NCBI GenBank assembly: GCA_002269645.1
Contig: NIVC01000876.1
Coordinates: 188,614-252,613 of the forward strand
Source of the DNA: Macrostomum lignano
Taxonomy: Eukaryota
Direction of reading: 5' to 3'
Length of the DNA: 64,000 nucleotides
Shown: positions 1 through 15,619 of the stretch, piece after piece
Layout: each line of letters starts with the position of its first letter
Position numbering within the stretch: position 1 is the stretch's first letter
Made by a program: the position numbers and the translations under genes
The notes under the pieces: model-generated
Seen by the model: only the letters and a program-made list of their open reading frames with translations
Told to the model about the DNA's origin: nothing
Databases searched by the model: none

Positions 1-383
1 TTCAGTGAAATTAACCTCGCGACCTGTGCCTAAAACTTGTACGAATAGACTTCAATGCGTGCATTATAGCATAGCATTAGCTATTTAAGTGTGTGCAGGC
101 ATTTTCGTTTTCCGCAACTGTTGGCAGCGAAGCTCTGGACCAATTAAAAGCAATGTGTCTTTATATCTCTTTAAAACTTTCTGAGTTGATTTTTTTAATA
201 CAAGCTTGTTTGTTCTCATTCTGGTTATAAAATGTGAAAGGCCACGAGAGCGACCCGTTGAAAAGTAAAATCCGACAAACGTCAACTTAATTCATAGTTT
301 TGACAAGTAGCTCATAGTTTAACAGTTCATTCTCAAAAAGCAGTGAAGCTCCTTGTACAAAACTTCATTGGTTTGAAATGACC

Positions 384-1810
384 TCAATTTCCATTTCGAA
401 TGGTCATCTCCAAGTCCAGCAGCAGGTCCGTTGAGCGAAGGCTCGACTCGCTGCAAACCTGAATCTCCAAATTCTCTAACTCAGCCTCCGACTGATGAAG
501 CTCGTCTTGCTGCAGCTCGGCCGCAGCAGCAGAAGCTGGCGCTTCTTTGCCTCTGCCAGCCGCTCCTGCAGAGCGTCCTCTTGGCGCTGCTGGGTCCACC
601 GGTTGCTTGGGGACACATAAGGATGGTGTTGAAGTTAATACTCTAAACTCTGACTTCCGACTGTTCTCACTCCTCGACTGTCACTACCCGACTGTCACTA
701 CCCGACTGTCACTACCCGACTGTCACTCCCCAACTGTCACTCCCCAACTACTACCCGACTGTCACTCCCCAACTGTCACTACCCGACTGTCACTCCCCAA
801 CTGTCACTACCCGACTGTCACTCCTTAACTGTCACTTCCCGATTGTCACTTCCCGACTGTCACTCTCGACTGTCACTCCCCGACTGTCACTACCCGACTG
901 TCACTACCTGACTGTCACTCCCAGACTGTCACTTACCCGACTGTCACTCGCCGACTGTCACTTAAGTCACTACTTTCAGATCACCTCACAGGCCGCTACT
1001 CACCTTTTACCTTCAAGGCAGTTCGCTGCATCCAGCATCGCCACGGCCACCTGCCGAGCCTCGCGCCGCCGCCAGAGAGTCTCCCGTTGCCTCTGCCGCT
1101 CTTCAGTCAGCTTTGAGTTCAGCAGCTGCAGCCCCACAAGCAGCTCAGCGGCCTCTGTAGTCGCCGCCTCCGAGCTGCCTTCCGCCTCTCTCGGCTCCTC
1201 AGCCGCTACTTCCGGCCGACCAGCACGATCCGGCGAGTCCAGCCGCCACCGTCAGCTGCCTGCGCCACGCCCGGCCGCGCCCGCCTCGCGTAGTCCGGCA
1301 GCGGCTGCTCTCGACGCTTCGCCGCCGCCGCCGCTGCCGTCATCGTACCCGCCACCTTCTGCCAAGCGTCGCGGCCGACCTCGCGGAGAAACTCCTCCAC
1401 GCGGGCCTTCGCGCGGCGCTCCTCACTGAGGCCCGACATGCGGTCCACCTCCGTGTGAGCGATGGAGGGCCCGCCTCGCTGCGCAGCTGGGGAGATGGTC
1501 AAAAATGTCAAGCCTCTCACCCAGCATCTCAGCCTCACCCAGCAGCTCAGCCTCACCCAGCGTCTCAGCCTCACCCAGCATCTCAACTCCATCCTGATTA
1601 AAAGTGTCAAGTTCCATCCTCAGCCTCATCATCACCCAACATCACGGCTTCATCCTTACCGAGAACCTCAGCCCGGTCCCGTAATTCTTTCTGTCCGCTG
1701 TCAATGCAGTCTCCCAGACTCCTCAGGCCTCGCCTCATCCTTGCGATGCTCTCAATGAATCTGACCGCTTTGCGCTGCAACAGCTCGGATGACAGTCGGG
1801 CAAAGTCCGC
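384..1810 (-). CDS. Partial multi-exon coiled-coil protein gene with two apparent 1-nt frameshifts (assembly error or young pseudogene)
   Basis: Exons 1810-1660 (TTCAG|, |GTAAGG; ADFARLSSELLQRKAVRFIESIARMRRGLRSLGDCIDSGQKELRDRAEVL), 1486-1004 (CCCCAG|, |GTGAGT) and 605 down to 459 (|GTTTGC) or to the stop at 384. Phases match across both introns (1/1 and 2/2), giving ...NCLEGKSNRWTQQRQEDALQERLAEAKKRQ. Frame switches are needed within 1208-1252 and near 520-545. The 5' exons were not located. Confidence 0.65.
655..970. repeat. 14-bp minisatellite (CCCGACTGTCACTA)n in an intron
   Basis: About 20 degenerate copies fill most of the 606-1003 intron. Confidence 0.95.
1518..1590. repeat. 18-bp tandem repeat (TCACCCAGCATCTCAGCC) x4 in an intron
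   Basis: Four near-identical copies inside the 1487-1659 intron. Confidence 0.9.
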
Positions 1811-1844
1811 CTGAAGGAAATTTGGGGGGGGGGCAGATGGAAAT

Positions 1845-2490
1845 ATGAGGGAATATGGGGAAATATGGGGAAATATGGAGAAATATGGAGGAATATGGGG
1901 AAATATGGAGAAATATGGAAAAATATGCAGAAATGTGCAGAAATATGCGGAAATGTGGGGAAATATCGCGAAATATGGAGAAATATGCAGAAATATGCAG
2001 AAATATGCAGAAATATGCGGAAATATCGGGAAATATCGGGAAATATGGAGAAATATGGAGAAATTTGGGGAAATGTGGGGAAATATGGGGAAATATGGAG
2101 AAATATGGAGAAATGTGGGGAAATATGGGGAAATATGCAGAAATATGCGGAAATATCGGGAAATATCGGGAAATATGGAGAAAATGGAGAAATATGGAGA
2201 AATATGGGGAAATATGCAGAAATATGCAGAAATATGCGGAAATATAAGGAAATATGCAGAAATATGGGCAAATATGGTAAAATATGGAGAAATATGGAGA
2301 AATATGGGGAAATGTGGGGAAATACATGGAGGGGGAAATATGAGGAAATATGCGGAAATATCGGGAAATATGGGGAAATATGGAGAAATTTGGAGAAATA
2401 TGGAGAAATATGGAGAAATATGGAGAAATATGGAGAAATTAGAAATATGCGGAAATATGGGGAAATATGGGGAAATATGAGGAAATATGG
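1845..2490. repeat. 10-bp minisatellite (GAAATATGGA/GGG/GCG variants)
   Basis: About 65 copies, starting about 33 bp from the acceptor at 1811-1812. Source of the spurious ORFs at 1735-2614. Confidence 0.97.
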
Positions 2491-3213
2491 GAAGCTCATC
2501 GGTGAACGCGTGGCGTCACAGATTGACGAAGACTTCCCCAGACTTCGATCGTTGATCCTCGCCGATTTCGACTTTCCAGCCTTGACTGACCTCGACTTTG
2601 GCATCACAAAGTAAATTCAATTGACTTTGAGCAGCTCAGTGTGTGCTCAAGTTGTGCAGACTTTGACTCTCTTATCCGACTAAAATTTTTATCCAAATTC
2701 TGTCGGTTCGCTTTTTTATCCACGTAGAAAAAACCATCGAATGAGTGGCTCTCCTTGATTAAATTGATTAACAAAAATTAAAAATCAGAGAGAGGCTCTG
2801 CAGAGCAACCCAGGTGGGAATTCTAGCTGTACCAAAAACAATTCCTGAATTTAATTAACTCAGATTTTAGCAAAACAGCTGTTGCTATTGGAGACAAGAA
2901 ACCTAAACAGTCCTCGTGTTGACCTCATGAGTATTCAGTTAAAAAATACGGTTTTGTGCTTGCTTACGTTATTTTTATTTACTGAGATAGAAGCCCACTG
3001 GCTTAATATGCTACTTTAAGTACAAATTTGGACATGGTGTAGCTGAACAAAATATTGTTACATTTCTGTTTTGAAACTTTAAACCTGAACTTATTCAGTC
3101 TTAGAGAATGACCGGATGGAACAATATCGGCCCTTGTATCCTTTAGGAGGCGCTAAAGTTGCAAAGTTTTGCTGATTCTCTCTCTAAATTACTTGTTGAC
3201 TGTTTTACTACAG

Positions 3214-4095
3214 GTTACATTCCCACAATCTGGAGAATGTCAGAGTCGTGTTCATCCCGAAACCCGCCAAGGGTGACTACACCAACGTGAAATCCTTCCG
3301 GCCCATCAGCCTCACCTCCTTTTGTGTTAAGCTGATGGAGAGGCTCATCCTGTGGAAGCTTCGAGAGTGCGACCTGCGCTCCGACCCCGTCAGTAAGTAC
3401 CAGTACGCCTTCCAGCCTGGGAAGACGACTAAGCACGCTCTCCATGCCATTACCTCCAAGATCGAGAGTGCCATCCTTAGCAAACAACTCGCTTGCGGGA
3501 TGTTTGTTGACTTCGAAGGAGCATTGGACAATGTCCTTTTCCGCTCCTTCAGAAACTCTCTTTCCCGCAGGAATGTGAGACACAGCATTGTCCGCTGGAT
3601 TTATTTTATGATCCGCAATAGGTTTGCGACATCTACGCTTATGGGCGTTACCTACACCCGGGCGGTGATGAAAGGCGGCCCCCGCAAGGTGACGTGCTGA
3701 CTCCACTTCTTTGGAATCTCGTCATGGACGAGCTCCTAACCGCTGACATCCCCAGCAGTATCACCAGGGCGGGCTACGCCGATGACGTTGCCGCGGTCGT
3801 CAGCGGACCCGACCCCGCCACTCTGCGCAACCTGATGCAGCAATTTGCCGACAAGGCGGCCGACTGGGCTACGCAGCATGGCCTAAATATCAGCGTCACC
3901 AAGACTGTCGCTGTCGTATTCACCAAGCGCGGTGCGTGGGAGATGCAAAACCTCACTGTCTATGGTAGAAACATCCCCTTCAAGAAGGACGGCAAATACC
4001 TCGGTGTGACGCTAACGCATGACCTGCGCTGGACGAAGCACCTTGATAACGTCATCGTGTCGGGCAAAAGCTGCGCAGAGCCATCGGGCCATCGA
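3214..4095 (+). mobile_element. Truncated non-LTR retrotransposon reverse transcriptase fragment (R1/LOA-like), frameshifted
   Basis: GYIPTIW/VRVVFIPKPAKGDYTNVKSFRPISLTSF...YQYAFQPGK...FVDFEGALD...(G-PQGG remnant)[14 protein letters not shown]...YADD (3775-3786)...KYLGVTL...W. Frame switches near 3235, 3685 and 4070. No endonuclease domain or intact 3' end; followed by (TTCC)n. Clade assignment is from motif resemblance. Confidence 0.9.
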
Positions 4096-4349
4096 GCCAT
4101 CCTTCCTTCCTTCCTTCCTTCTTTCCTTCCTTTAGAACTCCGGCAAGATAGACAAGAAAATTTTTCTTTATCACAAAACATGATACTGAATATGGTCAGT
4201 GTTGAGTATTTATTGAATACTTTAAATTCACAATAACATTACCATAGTATTCAAACAAAATTCTAAAATGTAATGTCTAATATAATCAGGACACCAAAAC
4301 ACGAGTGCAAACAGGTGTTGAGTCTTTGTGTAATAAACTCCAATTGAAG

Positions 4350-6494
4350 CTAAGCCACCTGGCTGATTTTTGCTTGTCGGACCGCGCCCCCAAACAGAGC
4401 CTTCAGCGCGGCCACCTGGCCGAGTCCGCAGGCCAGCACAGCAACCGCCAGGATGCCGCTGAATGTCGCAACCCGCCTGTTGAGGTCGTCGCTCAATGCT
4501 CGGCCTTCGACTTCCCGGGCCCGGTGCATCGTCTGGGCCGCCTCCGCCCGCACGAGCTGCTGGTGGACGGCCTCCAGCTCCGATTGCAGCAGCGTCAGCG
4601 CGGTGGGCGGGGTGACCCCGGCCTCCTCGGCCAGGGAGGGCGCCCGGCTCCTGTCCAGAGCGAACTGCACCACCTTGTGTGTCACTGTTGAGAACTCGTT
4701 GCCGAAGCAGAAGGCGTACGCGCCGCCGCCCATAAATTTGAACGCCCGTTCGTCTGAGCGCGCCCTTAGCTTGGAGTAGATCTTCTCGCCTGTCAGTTAC
4801 GAATGCCAAACGTTATTGATTGTAGAAATATGCAATTAATATTGACAGGAAAGTTGGCACGCGAAGGTGTATTCAGCACGCCAGTGAAGTATGAGACAGA
4901 CTGGGCCTATGGGCTACGGTCTGCGATGCTTCACGCCTGCCCCTATCTTTGGCAGGTCAAGGCTGGTGGGAGGTCTGCACCCTCTATTTGCCGCTGGCAG
5001 CCGCAGACCCCACGCTGTCTCGCAAGTCGACCCAGGGTACTCGTCCCCGCGTGTGTTCAAGGCAGACCCTAGGGCTGCTGGACAGACTGGGCTCCGGCGC
5101 TGGCGACCCTATCCAGTGGCTTCGGCCGAATTTGGGTATGCGGGTCTGGCTCGCCAACCTGCAGGCCGTGGTACTGCCCAACGTACTCTCTAATGCCTAA
5201 GGTGTTGACCGTGCCGATGGGCTGGAAGGCCGGGGAGTAGTCCGGTAGCAAGCGGTCCCCCTCCTGGTGTCGGGCCAGCCTTGAGGGTTCTATTGGCCTA
5301 CTGCCCGGTCAGGTGGAGCGGCCGGGTGGGTACCGCGCCCCTTTGAGGGTAGCCCACCAACCTTTTATCATGGCCTTCGAGCCGACTATGGATAACCACC
5401 GTCCATAGCGACGCGTCGGCCGTTCAGGGATTAGCGGAATGGGCGCCCGCGCCTTCCCGCTGTGTCCCCTCCGGGACAGCCCTGCAGCTAAGTCAAGTAA
5501 GTCAAAGACAGGAAAGTTGTGGACACCCTGGACTCGGTCCTACATCGTCCTACAGCCATCGGAAAGGCAACTCCGCCCATTCCGCAGACTCTTGAGTACA
5601 TGCAATCGGGCAGATACTGTACTCGACACGCACTCGCACACACGCTCACACGTGTACACCCTCTGTGCCTTGGGGGTTGGCCCTCGTTGATGCATGAATC
5701 GCACTTTAGCCAATTTTCGTGAAGAGGCCCCAAATAAATATCGCGGAGTCGAAAGCCGTGGTCTGTGACTCGAGAGTCGTCTTCTGAGCTGCTGCCGTCA
5801 TTCGTTGAGCTATCCTGTCCCCAGAAAGTTAGTACAGGTAGACTAGCATTTTCAGCTTCAAATGCGAGTGTTTGATGCTTCAAGTATATCCGGTTAATAA
5901 CGTAAAGTCATCGTCGGTTGTTCGCTTTCGTTGTCAGACGATAAACATGCCCGTTGAAAACGAGGGTTTAAACTTGAATGTAAATTAACGAAAAGTTACT
6001 TTTGGTTGGTTAATTTACCGCAGTTTAACTTTGGAAAAAGCGAATTCACGTTAATTAACCAAACACTGTGTGGGTTATTTCGGTTAACAAACTCGGAAAT
6101 TAACGTATATTTACCCTCCGTAAAGTCAAGTAACGTCAAGTAACGTTTATTCACCTAAAATTACGTTAACTAACCTTCAGGCTAATAGTTAATTAGCGCC
6201 CAGAATATTAACCCTCGTTTTCAACGGGCAGTACACACAAGTACACATGAGGGACTTCGGACTTCAGAGGTTCTCACCTGTTGGCGAGCGGACTAGAAAG
6301 TCCACATCGTTGTTGCCGCCGCGTACGACGCGGAATCGCAGCAGAAACGAGTCGCGCGACTCTGATTTATCGAACGCCTGATGGAAGCAGAACTCCTCAT
6401 TGTCTGGCAGCTCGAAGGCCAGTCGCTTCGGGTACTGGTCGAAGCATTGGGCAACGGCCGGCAGCGTGGCCAGCAGCAGCTGAAGGATCAGCAT
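4350..6494 (-). CDS. TMED7: p24/emp24/gp25L (TMED) family GOLD-domain cargo receptor, gamma subfamily (TMED3/7-like), 218 aa
   Basis: Exon 1 6494-6278 (ATG, signal peptide, FELPDNEEFCF, VVRGGNNDVDFLVRSPT, |GTGAGA). Exon 2 4789-4350 (GACAG|; GEKIYSK...GAYAFCFGNEFSTVTHKVVQF, coiled coil, TM segment, GQV...LF tail). 217+440 = 657 nt with matching phase. The paralogue call is by motif similarity only. Confidence 0.9.
4910..5490. mobile_element. GC-rich, highly self-complementary intronic insert; probable retroelement UTR or non-autonomous element
   Basis: Abrupt GC rise inside the TMED intron, several visible hairpins and no credible ORF. Family not identified. Confidence 0.4.
5948..6230. mobile_element. 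MITE (283 bp) with 21-bp perfect TIRs
   Basis: TGCCCGTTGAAAACGAGGGTT at 5948-5968 and its reverse complement at 6210-6230, with an AT-rich interior. No clear TSD. Confidence 0.85.
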
Positions 6495-7087
6495 GATGCA
6501 GCGATTTGGCGATCTGTTCTGTCCGACAATCCTGTTCAGACAAATTTCGCACTAAGATACTAAAAAACAAAGTGCCCAAGAGCTGACTGAGTTCCGACAG
6601 TGTTGCATGCATGGCCTGCTCAATCCTCAATTCTGTGCAATACTTTTCTCTCCTAGTAGAGGGAACGAGACTCCCTGGCAGGCGCTGTACAACCAGGCAG
6701 AGCGTGCGAACGTGTAGAACAATTAATCGATTTTATTTGCTCATGCAGCTTTGGCCTGGCAAAGCGGATTACTGTCGGCTCGATCCCCACTGTGCTGTTA
6801 AGTATTTGAAGTTGTACAGCCTAATGTCCAATTCCGTTTGTAATTTTTCATAACGCATATATAATGTCTTTTATCATAAATAACGAGAATTTATTTATAA
6901 AAATCACAGCCCAAGCAGGCAAGGAACCGCTCTTACTCTATCCAGATGTTTGTGGCAGAAGAAAGAAAACACAACAATTTTGGCCTTGTAAATAAAAATA
7001 TTTGTTGTTTTATGACATTGTGCAAGCACAAATGCACTTTGTCTATTTGTCAATAGCAGCCGATCGTGGTCTCGAACTCAGGACGGC

Positions 7088-10687
<3,600 letters not shown>

Positions 10688-11452
10688 TGTCTTCAGCTGT
10701 CCGGGATGGGGAGGCAATGCAAGAGAAAGCGCAGCTCTGTAGCGTCAGGTGGGGAGCTTGGAGCAGTGGCAGTCTGAGCCTCCACCTGTGCTGCCGCGGT
10801 TATCTTATAGTCTGTGGCCCGGCAGATCTGCACGGAAGTGAGGAGAGGAGAGTCATGATGTGGGGTTGCAGCCTCACGTCCCATTGTTTGTTCCCGACTG
10901 CAAGCTCCCCCTTGCCGGGTGTCTTCTGGCTCCTCCTCTCCTCCTATTCCTCCCCAACACCGTGTTGCCGGCCCCGCTGTCGCCCGGGGAGACCATGCAG
11001 CGGGGCGGGTGATGAGATGATAAGGGAAGAGATAGTGAGGCTAAATTATTGAGCCAATTTTCAGCTTTCTGTCAAATATTATTTTCGCTGGACTTTTAGC
11101 TGTCTGTTTGCAGCCTTAACAGGCAAATATTCACGGTTGTGGCAAGATCATATTTTTTTCTTAGAAAAAAATTGAAGGCGGGGTTTTTTTTATAAATACT
11201 CGAATATTCGTATTTGATTGCTTTGATTGAAATTGGCAAACTATTCTTTTTCATGCGAAAATTTTTCAATAGCCTAATGATTCAGAAAGCAGCTGCTGAT
11301 AATATTGCGCAATATTTGTGTAGGAAAAAAGAGAAAAAAATCCTGAATTACCATGGTAGTACATTTTCGTCGTAAAGCCAGCCTTCAAACATTCTAGGAA
11401 ACGTAGTGTCCCATCCAAGGACCACTATACATATGCTGTTATTTACTGCGAG

Positions 11453-12097
11453 CAGGGGCGTCGCCAAGGATTTTATGGTGGGGGATAAAGCCAAGAATTC
11501 AGCGTGTACATGTACATGACTAAATTTTGGCATTTATTTTGGCGCCGCAGGCACTCTGGCACCGCAGGCACTCATTTTAGCGCCGCAGGCACTCATTTTA
11601 GCGCCGCAGGCACTCATTTTAGCGCCGCAGGCACTCATTTTAGCGCCGCAGGCACTCATTTTGTCGCCGCAGGCACTCATTTTAGCGCCGCAGGCACTCA
11701 TTTTAGCGCCGCAGGTACTCATTTTAGCGCCGCAGGCACTCATTTTAGCGCCGCAGGCACTCATTTTGGTACCGCAGGCACTCATTTTATAAAGCGCTGC
11801 AGGCACTCATTTTAGCGCCACAGGCACTCATTTTAGCGCCGCAGGCACTCATTTTAGCGCCACAGGCACTCATTTTAGCGCCACAGGCACTCATTTTAGA
11901 GCCCCAGGCACTCATTTTGGCGCCGAAGGCATTCATTTTTGTGCCGCAGGCGCTATATTTTGGTTCCCTGAAGAAAAAGTATTGATTACCACAACGACTC
12001 ACAAGGTGGGGGGGACAAAGCATTGGGATGTCCCCCCAGAGCTTTTACTGGGGGGGGGGGATATGTCCCCTCTGTCCCCCCGGTGGCGACGCGCCTG
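11453..12097. mobile_element. hAT-type MITE (645 bp) carrying an internal 21-bp minisatellite
   Basis: TIRs CAGGGGCGTCGCCA and TGGCGACGCGCCTG (13/14 match). 8-bp TSD ACTGCGAG (11445-11452) and GCTGCGAG (12098-12105). Subterminal GGGGGGACA/TGTCCCCCC motifs. Confidence 0.88.
11540..11950. repeat. 21-bp minisatellite (GCGCCGCAGGCACTCATTTTA)n inside the MITE
   Basis: About 19 copies. Confidence 0.97.
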
Positions 12098-14589
12098 GCT
12101 GCGAGTACACTACTCATTCCCTCAATCTTTTCCTTACCTTTAATTCCTTGATAGCTTCTATAAAAGCAGAATTGACATGGAAATCTTGACGAGCTGCCTT
12201 TGATGGATGGAGAAGCTGCGCAACTGAGCGAGTATTCCAAGGTTCTGCCTAGAGAACTGCACTTATGAATAATGACGTATAGCTGACCTCAGTCGGGGCT
12301 TTGACAGCTCGATATAATCACACTCTGCACTGTCGCTGAGACCAATTCTTATCTGCTGCGAGCTCTCTGCCTTAGTTTGCAGTTGTTGGCCCAGCAGCTC
12401 AGCCATTTAGAGCTTTTCAGGGTCGACTTGGTTGACATTACGAAATATAATTATAATTGGCAAATAATGTTTAGCCAATCTGTATAGAGGTGGACCGCAT
12501 GCGATAGACAAGATAACAGTCAGTTGCCCTCTCCTGCTATATCTTCGAGCTCTTTTGAGCTCATTAATTGTATATAAAAATACCGCTGCGGCTGGTCGGT
12601 CATCTTGGAAAGCCAACGCCAGTCTGTGATTGGCTCTGGAGCAACGCGATCCCTGTGCTGCTCTGTTGGAAAACCGAATGAGTGTTTATTCAAGGCCATT
12701 GTTTGGCTTCGCGGGGGGGGGGGCGAACTGCTCATGTTTAGTAGAGCAGCAGATTGTTCAAAGCCACGCAAATACCAATTCCATCGCGCCCGTGCGCTAA
12801 CTTGGAATTCCTGCAGTTCTACCCCGCCGAAGATTTGCCCTGAGAAGTTTACAGACAATTTAGAAATTCCTAAATATTTTATCTTCTTACATTGTGCGTC
12901 ATATTCACGTTTTTTAAGGTTAAGAAAGCACCTCAACAAGAAATCGCAACAACGGCTTTAAATTTGAATTTAAATATGCAACGGTGCAATTGGGGCGATT
13001 AAACTGCACGCATAAAATGCAATAAGAGGGATCTTGCCGAATTTTTACAGCATAGTAGTATTCACTGTGCTCTTTGACAAACGGCCCCGATCGATCACGG
13101 GCGTAGCCAAGGTTATTCCTTCAATTTCTATACTGAATATGTGGTCCTTTATTGGACCATATCAAGAGATGAACACTGGATCTCCCTTCTATCAAAAGCA
13201 GTAACACTTTTCGTGTTGAAAATGACAACGTGCTATCTTACCTATTGTATTTTTCGGTAAATCCCTCCTTCAAAAATTCCAAGAAACGTTGTTCCCAGCA
13301 GTTCTGCTTGTAGTCCTTGAGAGCATAATTGAGTTAATGGAATCCATAATCAATATTAGTACGAATTTCTTTATAATCTAGATGTTTTTCTAAATATAGG
13401 TATACAGTGCTATAATAGTAGGAATAGTAGCTTCTGGATGGCATATCAAAATTTTCGGCTTCTACACTTTCCATGCATCATCGAATGGAAATCACCGGTG
13501 TCAACACAGTTAATAAAGCAAAACCTCATGTATTAAAATTTTCAAAGAAATATTTTTTGCTAAAACTATTTAAATCTTTTTAATTTGCTTTGAAATTTTA
13601 AAAAAGTATAAAAGTTATTTCTGTGAAAAAAGTTAGCACTAATTTTAAGACGTGTTTTAACTTTCATCGGTCATTTTCTTCATTAACGATCGGGGACCGT
13701 CATCCTTTTTTAAGCATCATGCCTTATGCTATGCCTTAGCTGCGGTCACCTGTTTTGTTTGATCGTTCGGAGAGCGAATTTTGTGTCTACTCTTGGCTTT
13801 ATTAAATAAATTGTTCTAAAATTTATTTATCATAGGCCTATTGCCATATTGGATTGGATTGAATTTAAGTCCAATAGTATTGGACTTAAATTTTTCTAAA
13901 ATTTATCTTGGACTAGGCCTAAATTTTTTCAAAATGTATACTTAGTTTAACTTAGTATATATTATTGCTAATAATTAGAAATCGTATCATTAGTTGCCAA
14001 TCAGTACAAGCCAGACCTATTTAATTTATAACATACATACCCTTTTGGTGAATTGATTTTAGGCATAGGCCTAAAAAGTTTTGGCAGTGCTTATCCCCAC
14101 GGTACCATAGGAATAATTTCTGTCTTATTCCAACGGAACCGTGGGAATAATTTTCTGCTTATCCGCATGGCACACTGACGAGATAGCTGTCCCATCTCCT
14201 GCATATGTCATGGGAATAATTTTCTGCTTATCCGCATGGCATACTGACGAGATAGATAGGCCTAGCTGCCATATCTTCTACATATACAAGCTGTTGAAAC
14301 CCGTGGATTTTGAACCCGGGGAATTCCAATCCCCAGAACTACTTTTGGATATATTCTGAAATCTAAGACTATACACAAACAAAAACTTACTATTAGTTAG
14401 TAGGAGAGAGGTAGACATAAAATGGAGCAGATTCGTGTAAAATTAGGGTTTGAGGCAAACATTGATATTGTTTGATAGGGGTACTCCGCAGAATGTCAGG
14501 CAATGTCTGTCTGACTCTAAAACATGTATTGGCAAACTCTGGCCTCTCCCTGACTCTCCCTATGTCCCTTGGATCCTTTAAAATTTCTA

Positions 14590-15030
14590 TTGTCTCTTCT
14601 GTTTCTTTTCTTCTCTCTAGTCCCTTGTCTCTCCTCTCTCCTCTCTTTTCTTTTCTCTCTCCTCTCCTCTCTCTTCTCTTCTCTCTCCTCTCCTCTCTCC
14701 TCTCTACTTTTTGTTTTTTTCTCCTCTCCTTTCTCCTTTCTACTCTTTCATTTTCTCTCTCCTCTCCCCCTCTTCTCTAGTCTCTTCCTTCTCTCTATTC
14801 TTTTCTCTCTTCTCTTAACTTTCTCCTCTACTCTCTCATCTCTCCTCTTTTCTCTCTTTCTCTTTCTCCTTTCTCCTCTCTCATTTATCTCTCATTTCTC
14901 ATTTCTTATCTTTCTTTCTACCTCTCTTATCTCTATAACCTTAGAGATGTAGAGATGTATCTTTATCTCTTCTCTCTTCCCTTTACTCTTTCTTTTCCTC
15001 CCTCTTTCTTCTTTCCACTCTCATCTGCCC
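14590..15030. repeat. CT-rich low-complexity tract
   Basis: Polypyrimidine sequence with no fixed unit. Confidence 0.9.
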
Positions 15031-15619
15031 CTCTGCCATGACTTGGATTCTTTATCTGGCCTTTGAGTTAAAAGTCTGCCCATCCCTACTTGGAAAGCCA
15101 GTTTGTGGGACATAGTACTCTCATGGTTGTTCTCATGCTTTGATCACGTCATATTTCTTGCCAATTTGCAGCCCTGAAAGGAATTTGTGTATCTTCAGCT
15201 CCACTGCAGTCTGCATCAGTCTAACAACCAAGGAAATATGCATTTCTTAGGAGGCCATTTAAAATTTACACAGTACCTTTAAGAGAAACCTAAAATTTCT
15301 ATGGTGTGCCTAATTTATTAGGGTTGTATCGCATTGCATTGCAGCACCTTTTCATAAATCTTTTGCTTTTACAAACCATGCTGGATTCTCTCAATTTGCC
15401 AATTGCCAATTGCCATCCACTTTTAAACTGCTGCAGAGTTTGCCAATACAGAGGGCAGTGGTTAGAATTTCTCACTAAACTGTTATGGCTAAACGTAGCC
15501 TCTCCACTCTCAGGGTGCAGAGAATGCCATAAACAAAGCTATTCCAAAACACTGTACATTGCCATGTACATTGAGCCCTATTGCCTGACCCTTCGTCTGG
15601 GCTGGCGCTAGGGACGTGA

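Noticed and set aside
2490-2660. Coding-like island: plus strand KLIGERVASQIDEDFPRLRSLILADFDFPALTDLDFGITK*, or a minus-strand exon ending GAG|GTCAGT
   Set aside because: Strand and frame are ambiguous and I found no convincing acceptor on either strand. It may be an upstream exon of the coiled-coil gene, but I cannot support boundaries.
5488-5883. Minus-strand ORF containing ENWLKCDSC (PHD/CW-finger-like)
   Set aside because: Only one short motif; the other metal ligands are not spaced correctly, and it is intronic with no splice context.
12520-12961. Overlapping ORFs of 139 and 118 aa on opposite strands
   Set aside because: They have non-ATG starts, no recognisable motifs and no consistent splice sites.
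14175-14200. Hammerhead-like CTGACGA followed by a GAGAT/ATCTC stem
   Set aside because: No GAAA follows stem II, and the inverted copy near 16490 has CTAATGA.
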